Assembly (NCBI GenBank): GCA_902792115.1
Contig: CADAYJ010000003.1
Location: forward strand, 2,088-66,087
Reading direction: 5' to 3'
From: an uncultured Ruminococcus sp.
GTDB taxonomy: Bacteria > Bacillota > Clostridia > Oscillospirales > Acutalibacteraceae
DNA: 64,000 bases
Part shown: piece after piece, positions 47,425 to 57,292 of the stretch
How positions within the stretch are numbered: position 1 is the stretch's first letter
Layout: the number at the start of each line of letters is the position of its first letter
Program-made: the position numbers and the translations under genes
Notes under the pieces: model-generated
Database searches by the model: none
Seen by the model: only the letters and a program-made list of their open reading frames with translations
Told to the model about the DNA's origin: nothing

Positions 47425-48387
47425 TCAAACCTTCGGGATGCCGAAACGCCCGGAGACGTAATCCGCCGCAAGCGCCTCTATCTCGGAAAAATCGCCGTAT
47501 TCATCGCTGTTGTACCAGCGGACAGAGCTGTCACGAAGGAACCACGTAAGCTGGCGCTTTGCGTAGCGGCGCGTTTCGCGCTTCATCGTCTCCATCGCCT
47601 CTTCGAGCGTCTGTGTTCCTTCAAAGTACGGCGCAAGCTCCTTGCAGCCGATCGCCTTCGACGCCGTCTCTCCGACCGTTTCGTCACTCAGGAAATCCCG
47701 CGCTTCCTCAAGCAGCCCCATTGAAAGCATCTCGTCTGCGCGGCGGCCGATCCTTTCGTACAGCACGCTGCGGTCAGCCGTTTTCAGACCGATCTTCACG
47801 GCGCAGTACGGAGACGGCGCAAGGCGCGACCGCCTGTTCTGCTCCGTCATGGTGATCCCCGTTGTGCGGTAGACCTCTATCGCACGGATCACGCGCTTTA
47901 CATTGTTCGGCTCGATACGATTCGCCGACTCGGGATCTACCAGAAGCAGCTCGTTCCAAACGGCCTGCGCTCCCTCGCGCTGCGCCTTTTCAAAAAGCTC
48001 CGCTCTGAGAGCCGCGTCCGCCTCGTTCTCCGTGAAGGAGATGTTGTTGAGAAGCGAATCGACGTACAGCCCCGTACCGCCGACGATTATCGGCAGACGG
48101 CCGCGCGAGCTTACCTGCTCAATCTTTTCCCTTGCAAGCTCTACGTAGCGCGCGACGCTGAAGCTCTCGCTGCGCGGTATGATCCCGATAAGGTGGTGCG
48201 GCACACCGCGCATCTCCTGCACCGTGGGCTTTGCAGACGCGATATCCAGCCCCTCGTAGATCTGCATCGAGTCGGCGGAGATCACCTCGCCGCCAAGCGC
48301 GAGTGCGAGGGAAACGCCGAGACGTGTTTTCCCCGAAGCCGTCGGCCCGACGACAGCCGCAACATTAATTTTCTTTTCTTCATTCAT
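47425..48387 (-). CDS. miaA: tRNA dimethylallyltransferase
   Basis: VVGPTASGKT P-loop, DSMQIYEGLDIASAKP, and IIVGGTGLY. Confidence 0.94.
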   Translation of the reverse strand: MNEEKKINVAAVVGPTASGKTRLGVSLALALGGEVISADSMQIYEGLDIASAKPTVQEMRGVPHHLIGIIPRSESFSVARYVELAREKIEQVSSRGRLPIIVGGTGLYVDSLLNNISFTENEADAALRAELFEKAQREGAQAVWNELLLVDPESANRIEPNNVKRVIRAIEVYRTTGITMTEQNRRSRLAPSPYCAVKIGLKTADRSVLYERIGRRADEMLSMGLLEEARDFLSDETVGETASKAIGCKELAPYFEGTQTLEEAMETMKRETRRYAKRQLTWFLRDSSVRWYNSDEYGDFSEIEALAADYVSGRFGIPKV

Positions 48388-48391
48388 ACGA

Positions 48392-50455
48392 TCAAACCCT
48401 GCCGAACTGCTTTTCTATCTGGTACCGCGTCATGACGACCGACGTCGGTCTGCCGTGAGGGCAGTAGCGGTAGTCGGGGCTTTCGCCCATCTTTATGTAG
48501 AGATCGACAAGCTCCTGCGGAGAGCTTTTGTCGCCGCCCTTGATCGCGCTTCGGCACGCGATATTGTGGTATAGCCAGTCGGTGTATTCACTTTCGATAT
48601 TCTTTTTGTTCTGGAGGATATGATCCGCCATTTCCTCGACCGTCGCTGCCGCGTCGAACGCATCTATAAACGAGGGCGCGGAACGCACCAGGACGGTGCT
48701 GCCGCCGAAGTCGTCAAGCTCGAAGCCGGATTCCGAAAAGAGCGCCTTGTTCTCAATGACGCTTTCGTGCTGCGCCTTTGAAAGCGGCACCGCGACCGGC
48801 TCCAGCAGGTACTGAGCGTACTTTTTCCCCTGCTCGCGCCTGAGCTTCTCGTATATTATGCGCTCGTGGAGAGCGTGCTTGTCGATCAGAACAAGCTCGT
48901 TGTTCCTCTCAATTATGATGTAAGTCATGAACGCCTCGCCGATAAACCGGACGGCGCCGCCCGACACGTCCGCAAGAGGCGCGATCTCCTCTGTTTCCTT
49001 CCCGGCAGGCTCCGTCTCGGTTTTCCCGTCTGTAACGAGGCTCCCGACGCGCTGCTGCGCTTCCTCCTTTAGCGGCGTTTCACGCTCGATTACGTTATCC
49101 GTACCGTTCTTTACGGGATCCTGCGGCTCTGCCTCCTTTAGCGGCGGCGCTGCCGGCGGCTCCTGTTCTCCGTCTGTGTCTATATCGAGGCACACATAGC
49201 GCTGTGCCGTGCGATCGGGCGGCTGAGGCAGCGGAACGCTCCTTCCGAAGCTGTGGCCGGGATCCTCTATCCTGATCTTGTTGCCGGAGGATTCCTCCAG
49301 CACCGAGCGGTACACGCCGAGCGACGTTTTGTCGGGGCGCGCCGTCGGGATCCTCTCGATCTGCCGCACCTCATACTGCGACATTGTAAACGGCTTCTTC
49401 ACGACCGACTTGTCCGCAAGACCTTCGATCACCTTGTCGGGCTGCGTCCGGAACTGCTTCACGGTGTCTCCGTCAATCAGCGCCGACCGGACGGCGTGAT
49501 AAACCGCCTCAAACACAGGACGCTCGTTTACGAAGCGCACCTCGATCTTCGCAGGGTGTACGTTTACGTCCACAAGGCCGCACGATATCCCGAGGTACAG
49601 CACACAGCCGGGGAACTTCCCGACCATGACCATGCCCTTGCACGCCTCCTCGAGAGCTGCCATCGCTGTGCGGCTCTTGACGAAGCGCCCGTTTATGAAA
49701 AAATTCTGCATTGCGCGGCTCGCGCGTGCAGCCTGCGGCTTTGTGACGTAGCCGCGCACGGTGATGCCGCCAAGCTCGTAATCGACTCTGACGGCGTTAT
49801 TTATGAATTCGCGCCCGAGAACGGAATAGCTGCAGTTTTTCTCGCTGCCGTCGCCTGCCGTCACAAGCGTTCTCTTGTTGTCTCTGATAAAAGTCACCGC
49901 GACCTCGCTGTGAGAGAGCGCGATCTTGTCCACGACAGACGCGACAGCCGTCGCCTCCGACGTGTTTTTCTTTAAAAACTTCATTCTCGCAGGTACGTTG
50001 TAGAAGAGGTCGCGCACAATGAACGTCGTGCCGTCCGGGCAGCCCGCGTCTTCAAGAAGCACCTCGTCGCCGCCCTCGATAACGTAGTGCGTGCCGACTT
50101 CCTCCTCCTTCGCCTTTGTGAGAAGCTCCACCCTCGCCACGGCGCAGATGGAGGCGAGCGCCTCTCCGCGGAAGCCAAGCGTGCCGATCGCGTCAAGATC
50201 CTCCCTGCAGCCGATCTTGCTCGTTGCGTGGCGCTTGAAGGCGTTGCGGACGTCGCTGCGCATGATGCCGCTGCCGTTGTCGGAGACGCGCATCATAGTA
50301 ATACCGCCGTTTTGTATCTCGACTGTGACAGCCGAGGCGCCGGCGTCAATCGCATTTTCGATAAGCTCCTTTATGACGGAGGAAGGTCTTTCGACGACCT
50401 CGCCCGCCGCGATAAGCTCCGCGATATGCTTTTCAAGCACATTTATCCTGCCCAT
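48392..50455 (-). CDS. mutL: DNA mismatch repair protein MutL
   Basis: IAAGEVVERPSSVIKELIENAIDAGA..., a GHKL ATPase N-terminus, and the C-terminal CPHGRP endonuclease-associated motif. ATG at 50455 is preferred over GTG 50464. Confidence 0.95.
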   Translation of the reverse strand: MGRINVLEKHIAELIAAGEVVERPSSVIKELIENAIDAGASAVTVEIQNGGITMMRVSDNGSGIMRSDVRNAFKRHATSKIGCREDLDAIGTLGFRGEALASICAVARVELLTKAKEEEVGTHYVIEGGDEVLLEDAGCPDGTTFIVRDLFYNVPARMKFLKKNTSEATAVASVVDKIALSHSEVAVTFIRDNKRTLVTAGDGSEKNCSYSVLGREFINNAVRVDYELGGITVRGYVTKPQAARASRAMQNFFINGRFVKSRTAMAALEEACKGMVMVGKFPGCVLYLGISCGLVDVNVHPAKIEVRFVNERPVFEAVYHAVRSALIDGDTVKQFRTQPDKVIEGLADKSVVKKPFTMSQYEVRQIERIPTARPDKTSLGVYRSVLEESSGNKIRIEDPGHSFGRSVPLPQPPDRTAQRYVCLDIDTDGEQEPPAAPPLKEAEPQDPVKNGTDNVIERETPLKEEAQQRVGSLVTDGKTETEPAGKETEEIAPLADVSGGAVRFIGEAFMTYIIIERNNELVLIDKHALHERIIYEKLRREQGKKYAQYLLEPVAVPLSKAQHESVIENKALFSESGFELDDFGGSTVLVRSAPSFIDAFDAAATVEEMADHILQNKKNIESEYTDWLYHNIACRSAIKGGDKSSPQELVDLYIKMGESPDYRYCPHGRPTSVVMTRYQIEKQFGRV

Positions 50456-50497
50456 TCTTCTCACTCTCCCTTCGCGGTCATATTCAGGCGCAATACA

Positions 50498-51022
50498 TCA
50501 GCTCAGCCAGCAGCGGTTTACGACTCTGCTCTCGATGAACCGCCTGAATTTCGGATAATCGCCCTCGATAAACGTGTCCTTGTAGGCGTGTATAACGAGC
50601 TTCTTTTCCGTCTCTATGAGGATAAGGTCGCCCTTGCTTCTGACGGAGGATATTTCCCTGTACGGATACTTGACCTCGAAAGCGCCCTCTACGATCACGA
50701 TCTTATCATTCTGGAAATCTATCGTTCTCTCCCAGTCCTTTCCGAAGCGCTGCGCCATCATGTCGTACATTCTCGAAGCCATCAGGCGGCGCCTGAAAAA
50801 AAGATGGTAGCAGGCAAAGAGAATGAACACGCCTTCAAGAGAGATCCACGGAAGCGGATCGCCGATCATCGGGTGTACAAGCACCACGCCGGCCGCTGCG
50901 AGAAGGATCAGAAGGATAACAGACCACATTATCGTGATCTTTAGCTGTATCCCGGTTTTCTGCGACATTTTGAACCAGGACATATAGCGTTCCTTTGTGA
51001 CTTTATATTGATTTGTCAGCAT
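50498..51022 (-). CDS. YcxB-like membrane protein (174 aa)
   Basis: Two central TM segments plus a C-terminal beta-rich region. It resembles the YcxB-like family from memory; not verified. Confidence 0.5.
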   Translation of the reverse strand: MLTNQYKVTKERYMSWFKMSQKTGIQLKITIMWSVILLILLAAAGVVLVHPMIGDPLPWISLEGVFILFACYHLFFRRRLMASRMYDMMAQRFGKDWERTIDFQNDKIVIVEGAFEVKYPYREISSVRSKGDLILIETEKKLVIHAYKDTFIEGDYPKFRRFIESRVVNRCWLS

Positions 51023-51037
51023 TTTGGATCACCCTGC

Positions 51038-53647
51038 TTATTCACACATTGTTTTTAGTTCATACAGCTTGTTAAGCGCCTCGACGGGCGTAAGCGTGTT
51101 GATATCTATATTCCGCACAAACTCCTCGATCTTCGAGTTGCCGACCGGAATGAGCGTCATTTGCGGCTCAGGCTCGAGAACGTCTCTCGGCTTTTTCCTG
51201 GGGCGCTCCGTCCTTCTGCCGCTTTCAAGCTCCTTTAAGACGACCTTTGCGCGCGATATCACCGTATCGGGAAGCCCCGCGAGCTTTGCGACCTCGATGC
51301 CGTAGCTGTCGTCCGCGCCGCCCGGAACGATGCGGCGAAGGAAGGTTATGTCGTCGCCGCGCTTCTTGACGGCGATATTGTAGTTCTTTACTCCGTCGAG
51401 CAGGTCTTCAAGAACCGTCAGCTCGTGGTAGTGCGTCGCGAAGAGCGTCCGCGCGCCGAGCTTTTTCTTGTCTGCGGCGTATTCAAGCACCGCCCTTGCA
51501 ATGCTCATGCCGTCAAACGTTGATGTGCCGCGCCCGATCTCGTCGAAGATCAGCAGGCTGTCGGCAGTCGCGTTTTTGAGTATCTCGGCGACCTCCGTCA
51601 TTTCGACCATGAACGTGGAATGGCCGCTCGAAAGGTCGTCGCTTGCGCCGACTCGCGTAAAGACGGCGTCCGTTATCGAGATCGACGCGCTGCTCGCCGG
51701 AACGAAGGAGCCGATCTGCGCCATCAGCACGATCAGCGCCGTCTGACGCATAAACGTCGATTTGCCTGCCATATTCGGGCCGGTGATGATAGCCGCGCGG
51801 TTTGCGCCGCCGTCGAGCTTTACGTCGTTCGGAACGAACGGAACGTCACTCAGCAGCTTCTCCACGACGGGGTGGCGGCCGTCTCTGACGACGATCTCGC
51901 CGCTGAGGTTTACGTCGGGGCGGCAGTAGCGCATATCTGCGGCTGTATTCGCAAAGCTCTGGAAAACGTCGAGCTTCGCGAGGGCGCGCGCCGTTTTCTG
52001 AATGCGCTCAAGGCTTTTTGCAACGCTCGTTCTGATATTGACGAACAGCTCGTATTCGAGCGCGACGGCTCTGTCCTTCGCGCCGAGTATCTTGCCCTCC
52101 AGCTCCTTCAGCTCCGGCGTTATGAAGCGCTCGCAGTTTGTAAGCGTCTGCTTTCTGATGTATGTATCGGGAACCATGTTCTTGTAGGAATTCGACACCT
52201 CAATGTAGTAGCCGAAAACACGGTTATATCCGACCTTCAGCTTCGGGATCCCCGTCTCCTCACGCTGGCGCGCTTCGAGCTTTGCGAGAATACCGGTGGA
52301 ATCGGACATATCGTTTTTGAGAAAGTCGATCTCCTCACTGTATCCGGGCTTTATCAGTCCGCCCTCGCGCACGGAGAACGGCGGATCGTCGTCGATCGCA
52401 CTGTTGATGAGATCGCGGACGTCGGAGCAGACGTCGATCTCGTCGAAGATCATTTTAAGCTCCGTCGCCCTGACGCCTTCAAGGTTAGCCCTGACCGCCG
52501 GCAGCTTCTCAAGCGCGTATTGCAGACCTTTAAGGTCGCGCGCGTTCGCCGAGCCGTAAACGACTCTCGTCATGAGGCGTTCAAGATCGGGAAGCCCTGC
52601 GAGCGACTGCGAGACCTCTCCGCGCAGCGGCGCGTCCGACACAAGCTCCTCAACGGCGTTCTGCCTGCGGATTATCGCGGCGCAGCTCATCAAAGGCTGC
52701 TCTATCCAGCGGCGTATCAGGCGGTGTCCCATCGGCGTTTTCGTGCAGTCGAGAACCCAGAGCAGCGATCCGCGCTTCTCCTTCGAGCGCATCGTCTCCG
52801 TAAGCTCCAGATTCCGCTTCGTATTGTAGTCGAGGTGCATGAAGCGGTTTTCCTCATACGTCTCGATGTGGTTTATCCTTTCAAGTCCCGTCCGCTGCGT
52901 TTCGGAGAGGTAGCGCAGAAGCGCGCCCACGGCTCTCGCGCAGCCGGGCTTTTCCTCCAGCTTGACCGTCTCGGAAAGGCGCTCGGCAAAATGCTCGGAA
53001 AGCGTTTTCCCGGTGAGGGATCTATCGAAATATTCGTCGTCGAGCATCTCCACGCAGGCGTGAAGACGTTCCTTTAAAAAGGGAGCGATCGGCTTGATCG
53101 AGGCGACGTCGCCGCCTATCAGCAGCTCGGAGGGCGCGTAGCGCGAAAGCTCGCTTTTGAGCTGCGTGCAATCCTTGTCCGCCTGCGTCTCCCAGCAGTA
53201 AAGCTCGCCCGTCGAGATATCGCAGAACGCAGCCGAATGCTTTCCGCCCGTCGTAAAGAGCGAGCAGATAAAGTTGTTCTTTGACTCGTCGAGCATGGAG
53301 TCCTCCATGACCGTTCCGGGCGTGATAACGCGGATAATCTCGCGCTTCACAAGCCCCTTCGCCTTCGCCGGATCCTCCGTCTGCTCGCAGATCGCGACCT
53401 TATAGCCCTTTGCGACGAGGCGCGCCACGTACTGCTCGTAGCTGTGGAACGGAACGCCGCACATCGGCGCGCGCTTCTCCTGGCCGCAGTCCCTGCCGGT
53501 CAGCGTAAGCTCCAGCTCCCTGGAGGCGAGCAGCGCGTCGTCAAAAAACATCTCGTAAAAATCGCCGAGCCGGAAGAAAAGGATACAGTCCTTGTTCTGC
53601 TCCTTGATCTCAAAATATTGCTTCATCATCGGAGAAAGCTCCGCCAT
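51038..53647 (-). CDS. mutS: DNA mismatch repair protein MutS
   Basis: SPMMKQYFEIKEQNKDCILFFRLGDFYEMF (domain I), GPNMAGKSTFMRQ (Walker A), LLIFDEIGRGTSTFDG, and FATHYHEL. Confidence 0.97.
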   Translation of the reverse strand: MAELSPMMKQYFEIKEQNKDCILFFRLGDFYEMFFDDALLASRELELTLTGRDCGQEKRAPMCGVPFHSYEQYVARLVAKGYKVAICEQTEDPAKAKGLVKREIIRVITPGTVMEDSMLDESKNNFICSLFTTGGKHSAAFCDISTGELYCWETQADKDCTQLKSELSRYAPSELLIGGDVASIKPIAPFLKERLHACVEMLDDEYFDRSLTGKTLSEHFAERLSETVKLEEKPGCARAVGALLRYLSETQRTGLERINHIETYEENRFMHLDYNTKRNLELTETMRSKEKRGSLLWVLDCTKTPMGHRLIRRWIEQPLMSCAAIIRRQNAVEELVSDAPLRGEVSQSLAGLPDLERLMTRVVYGSANARDLKGLQYALEKLPAVRANLEGVRATELKMIFDEIDVCSDVRDLINSAIDDDPPFSVREGGLIKPGYSEEIDFLKNDMSDSTGILAKLEARQREETGIPKLKVGYNRVFGYYIEVSNSYKNMVPDTYIRKQTLTNCERFITPELKELEGKILGAKDRAVALEYELFVNIRTSVAKSLERIQKTARALAKLDVFQSFANTAADMRYCRPDVNLSGEIVVRDGRHPVVEKLLSDVPFVPNDVKLDGGANRAAIITGPNMAGKSTFMRQTALIVLMAQIGSFVPASSASISITDAVFTRVGASDDLSSGHSTFMVEMTEVAEILKNATADSLLIFDEIGRGTSTFDGMSIARAVLEYAADKKKLGARTLFATHYHELTVLEDLLDGVKNYNIAVKKRGDDITFLRRIVPGGADDSYGIEVAKLAGLPDTVISRAKVVLKELESGRRTERPRKKPRDVLEPEPQMTLIPVGNSKIEEFVRNIDINTLTPVEALNKLYELKTMCE

Positions 53648-53684
53648 GCTCCAACCCCCAGACAGTAAAAAATCAAATTTTGTA

Positions 53685-54089
53685 TCAGCCGCAGCCGCCG
53701 CAGGTTGCGCAGCTACCGGTGCAGCCGCTTACGGGATCGGTCGTTTCGGGATCGTCTCCCTCCGCGCTGTTCTGTATTATGCCCAGCACCTGGCGCAGCT
53801 TCGTCTCAAAGACCTGCTTTGCTGAATTGTATTCCTTCATATTGCCGTTGTTCATGATCTTCGCGTAGATCGAGCGCATCTCCTTGTTGAGCGCCTGCAG
53901 CTTCTCGTCGTCTCTTTCCGTCTTGGACGCCTCCATGTTGATGGAAAGGCGCTTGAGGTTGTACTCGCCGATAAGCTCCTGAAGCTCTGCGTCCTCCTCG
54001 CTCACCTGCTCGGCGGCGCGCATTCTGATGTACGCCTCGTCCTGCTGTATTGCTTTTCCAAGCTCTCTTGCAAGCTGTATGATCTCCAT
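53685..54089 (-). CDS. YlbF/YmcA-family (Ric-like) protein with a Cys-rich C-terminal tail
   Basis: The helical N-terminal domain (ELGKAIQQDEAYIRMRAAEQ...LIGEYNLKR) is typical of YlbF/YmcA. It ends in SGCTGSCATCGGCG. Confidence 0.7.
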   Translation of the reverse strand: MEIIQLARELGKAIQQDEAYIRMRAAEQVSEEDAELQELIGEYNLKRLSINMEASKTERDDEKLQALNKEMRSIYAKIMNNGNMKEYNSAKQVFETKLRQVLGIIQNSAEGDDPETTDPVSGCTGSCATCGGCG

Positions 54090-54122
54090 TTTCGTTTTCC
54101 TTTCAAATATATATTGCGCGCT

Positions 54123-55535
54123 TTACGCAAGCTCGCCGTTTAAGATCCAGTTTCTCGCCTTCGTCACTCTGACATTCGCAAACTGCCCGATAAGCTCGCT
54201 GCCGCCGGGGAACTCAACGATCACGTTACCGCTCGTCCTGCCGGAGAGCACGCCGGGCTTCGTCTCCTCCTCCACAAGTACGCGGTACTCGCTGCCGACC
54301 ATCGCGGCGCAGCGGCTCGCCGATATCTCCTCCTGAGCCTTTAGCAGCTCGGAGAACCGGCGTGATTTTTCCTCGTGAGTATACGGATCGTCCATCTTTG
54401 CGGCAGGAGTGCCCTCGCGCGGCGAATAAATAAATGTAAACAGCGAGGTGAAGCCGACCTCGCGGACGAGCGAGACAGTTTCGAGAAACTCGTCGTACGT
54501 TTCGCCGGGGAAGCCGACGATAACGTCCGACGTGAGCGACACATCAGGTATTTTCTCCCTGGCGTATCTCACGATACCGAGGTATTTCTCTCTGTCATAG
54601 CTCCTGTTCATCGCCTTGAGCACCCTGTCGCTGCCCGACTGGAAGGGCAGGTGAAGGTGAGTCGAGATGTGGCTGCCGGAGGCGATAACGTCTATAAGCT
54701 CCTTCGAGCAGTCCTTCGGGTGCGACGTCATGAATCGAAGGATATAGTCTCCCTCGATGCTGTCGATCGCCGAAAGCAGCTCGGCGAAGGTGCGGCGCGG
54801 CTCGAGATTCTTGCCGTAGGAATTGACGTTCTGCCCGAGCAGAGTTATCTCCTTGTACCCTGCCTCGATCATTGCGCGCGCTTCATCAACGACCTCCTCG
54901 AATTTTCTGCTGCGTTCGCGTCCGCGTGTATACGGAACGATGCAGTATGTGCAGAAGTTGTTGCAGCCGTACATGATCGGCAGCCAGCCCTTAAACGTGC
55001 CGTCGCGGCGCGTCGGGATACCCTCGTACACCGTCATATCATCAACGCCCGTCTCGTAGACGCGGCCGCCGTACGTCACAGTATTGTAGAAAAGCTCCGG
55101 GAATCTGTGGAGCGAATGCGTTCCGAAGACGAGGCTCACGAACGGGAAGCTCTTGTACAGCCTGTCGGTGACGTGCTTCTGCTCCATCATGCAGCCGCAA
55201 AGACCGATGATAACGGACGGGTGGCGGCGCTTTATGTTTTTGAGAGCGCCGACGTTACCGAAAACTCTGTCCTCCGCGTGCTCGCGGACGGCGCACGTGT
55301 TAAAAAGGATAAAATCGGCGTCCTCCACCGTTTCCGTAAAATCAAAGCCCATTTCGGAGAGCATACCCTTGATCTTCTCGCTGTCCGCGACGTTCTGCTG
55401 GCAGCCGTACGTCCTGATGCAGGCGAGCGGACGCGCGCCTCTTGCGCGTACCGACATCACCTCGGCACACATCGCGAGGTAGTGATTTTCATCTGTAAAA
55501 TTCTTATATTCAAACGTGATCGCCAAGCTGTCCAC
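54123..55535 (-). CDS. miaB: tRNA-2-methylthio-N6-dimethylallyladenosine synthase
   Basis: UPF0004 N-domain (TYGCQQN), radical-SAM CNNFCTYCIVP, and a C-terminal TRAM domain. Confidence 0.94.
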   Translation of the reverse strand: MDSLAITFEYKNFTDENHYLAMCAEVMSVRARGARPLACIRTYGCQQNVADSEKIKGMLSEMGFDFTETVEDADFILFNTCAVREHAEDRVFGNVGALKNIKRRHPSVIIGLCGCMMEQKHVTDRLYKSFPFVSLVFGTHSLHRFPELFYNTVTYGGRVYETGVDDMTVYEGIPTRRDGTFKGWLPIMYGCNNFCTYCIVPYTRGRERSRKFEEVVDEARAMIEAGYKEITLLGQNVNSYGKNLEPRRTFAELLSAIDSIEGDYILRFMTSHPKDCSKELIDVIASGSHISTHLHLPFQSGSDRVLKAMNRSYDREKYLGIVRYAREKIPDVSLTSDVIVGFPGETYDEFLETVSLVREVGFTSLFTFIYSPREGTPAAKMDDPYTHEEKSRRFSELLKAQEEISASRCAAMVGSEYRVLVEEETKPGVLSGRTSGNVIVEFPGGSELIGQFANVRVTKARNWILNGELA

Positions 55536-55683
55536 TCCTGTTTTTTCCGCATGACCATATGCGGATAAAATCTCACATTATATGATACCACAAATTCAAT
55601 GTTTCTTCAAGTATCACTTTTATTTTTACAAATTGTTTATATTTCCTTTAAGAGTATCAATATTCTTCTTGCAAGATGGTGAA

Positions 55684-55712
55684 TTTACAAAACGGCTGTT
55701 TTGTGATAGAAT
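55684..55712 (+). promoter_or_regulatory. Sigma-A-type promoter of the small surface-protein gene
   Basis: TTTACA-17 nt-TAGAAT with a TG extended -10. Confidence 0.5.
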
Positions 55713-55778
55713 AAATACCAAAGAGAAGAGGGCGCAGCGGTTTTCCGGCGGCTCTTCGGCAAATTGGAGGTAACTAAA

Positions 55779-56174
55779 ATGAAAAAGATCGTTTCTATTA
55801 TGATGACTATCGCGCTCGCAGGCGCTATGACAGTATTCGCAGCAGCACCGGCTGCAGCAGAAGAAACAAAGACTTCTTCCGAGGCTCCCGCTGCAGTTAC
55901 AGTTGCAAAGGATTCCGATTCCGATACAGATTCGGACAAGAAGGTCGAGACTAAGGACGTAGCTTCCAAGGCTTCCACAGACAGCGACGCAAAGGCTGCT
56001 TCCTCAAAGGCTTCCGGCACCGTTAAGAAGACGACGAGCGCAGCTTCCAAGAAGGAAGACAAGGCTCCGAAGACGGGCGACTCCGCAGCTCGCGGCACGG
56101 TATTCGCTTCCGCAGCTCTCGTTTCCCTCGCAGCTTTCGCTGAGTTCTCCGCAAAGAAGAAGGAAGAGGAATAA
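55779..56174 (+). CDS. Small secreted low-complexity protein with a sortase-type C-terminal sorting signal (131 aa)
   Basis: Signal peptide MKKIVSIMMTIALAGAMTVFAAAPAAA and an S/D/K/A-rich body. C-terminal APKTGD is followed by a hydrophobic stretch and KKKEEE. ATG at 55779 lies 8 nt after GGAGG. Confidence 0.7.
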   Translation: MKKIVSIMMTIALAGAMTVFAAAPAAAEETKTSSEAPAAVTVAKDSDSDTDSDKKVETKDVASKASTDSDAKAASSKASGTVKKTTSAASKKEDKAPKTGDSAARGTVFASAALVSLAAFAEFSAKKKEEE

Positions 56175-56260
56175 TCACCTCTCCCCTTTCGTAAAGGAAA
56201 AGACGCCGGATCCCGCGCAGAGGCGTTCGGCTGAGTAAATGTGTAAATGTGATAAAATGG

Positions 56261-56293
56261 TCCCGGAGGCAGAAATGTCTCCGGGATTTTTTT
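56261..56293 (+). terminator. Intrinsic terminator of the surface-protein gene
   Basis: TCCCGGAG-10 nt loop-CTCCGGGA + T7. A second GC hairpin (56294-56317) follows and may serve hslO from the other side. Confidence 0.75.
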
Positions 56294-56329
56294 ACGGGGC
56301 GCTCGGCGGCGCCCCGTTATCAGACGGTA

Positions 56330-57292
56330 TTACTTCGCTTTGCGGCTCTCGATTATCTCTTCAAGCTGGCGCTTTGTGAAACGGTAGTTTTTGTTGCAGA
56401 AGTGGCAGTTTGCTCTGGCGTACCCTTTTTCGTCGGCGAGAGAGCGTATCTCGTCGTCGGAGAGCTTGATGATCGCGTTGATAACTCTCTCCTTGCTGCA
56501 CGGGCAGACGTAGGCGATCTCCTGCTCGTCGAGAAGCTCCACGTCAAAGCCCTCGAGCGCCGTTTTCACCATGTCGATAAGCTCCATGCCCTTCGCAAGC
56601 ATCGTTGTGACAGGCTCCAGCTTCTTTATGTTCGCCTCGAGCTTCGAGATCGTTTCCTCCGTTGCGCCGGGAAGAAGCTGGATAAGCATTCCGCCGGCGA
56701 GCATGACCTCTCCGTCCTCCTTGTTCACAAGAACGCCGAGAGCGCAGACCGTCGGTACCTGCTCGGAGGTCGCGTAGTAGCTTGTGATATCCTCGGCGAT
56801 CTCGCCGGAAACGAGCGGACAAACGCCGATATACGGCTCGCCCGTGCCGTAGTCGCGAAGGACGTTTATCACGCCCTCGCTGCCGACCGCCTTTCCGACG
56901 TTGATCTTGCCGTTTGAATGGTACTCCGTCTCAACGCCGGGGTTCTCGACGTAGCCGCGGCAGTTGCCCTTGCTGTCGGCAACCGCGACGACGGCGCCCA
57001 GGGGACCGTCGCCCTTTACGCGAAGCGTCAGCGACGCATTGCTCTGCTTGAGCATAACGCCCATCATCGAGGAAGCCGTAAGCAGTCTGCCGAGCGCTGC
57101 CGTTGCGGCGTTCGAGGTGTGGTGCAGCTTCTTCCCCATGTGCGCGATGCCGGTCGTGTCGGCAGCGATCGCCATGACGGCGCCGTCCGACGTGATGCAG
57201 CGTATCAGCTTGTCCGGCTTCTGCTGCGTTCCCTGAGGAGCGTAGATCTCTTCTTTGTTTTCATTATTATCCATATGTGAAATTCCTTTCAT
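56330..57292 (-). CDS. hslO: Redox-regulated chaperone Hsp33
   Basis: C-terminal zinc centre CPCSKER...CHFCNKNY. The Hsp33 core is about 290 aa. The start overlaps the methyltransferase stop (TAATG); alternative ATG at 57274. Confidence 0.9.
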   Translation of the reverse strand: MKGISHMDNNENKEEIYAPQGTQQKPDKLIRCITSDGAVMAIAADTTGIAHMGKKLHHTSNAATAALGRLLTASSMMGVMLKQSNASLTLRVKGDGPLGAVVAVADSKGNCRGYVENPGVETEYHSNGKINVGKAVGSEGVINVLRDYGTGEPYIGVCPLVSGEIAEDITSYYATSEQVPTVCALGVLVNKEDGEVMLAGGMLIQLLPGATEETISKLEANIKKLEPVTTMLAKGMELIDMVKTALEGFDVELLDEQEIAYVCPCSKERVINAIIKLSDDEIRSLADEKGYARANCHFCNKNYRFTKRQLEEIIESRKAK

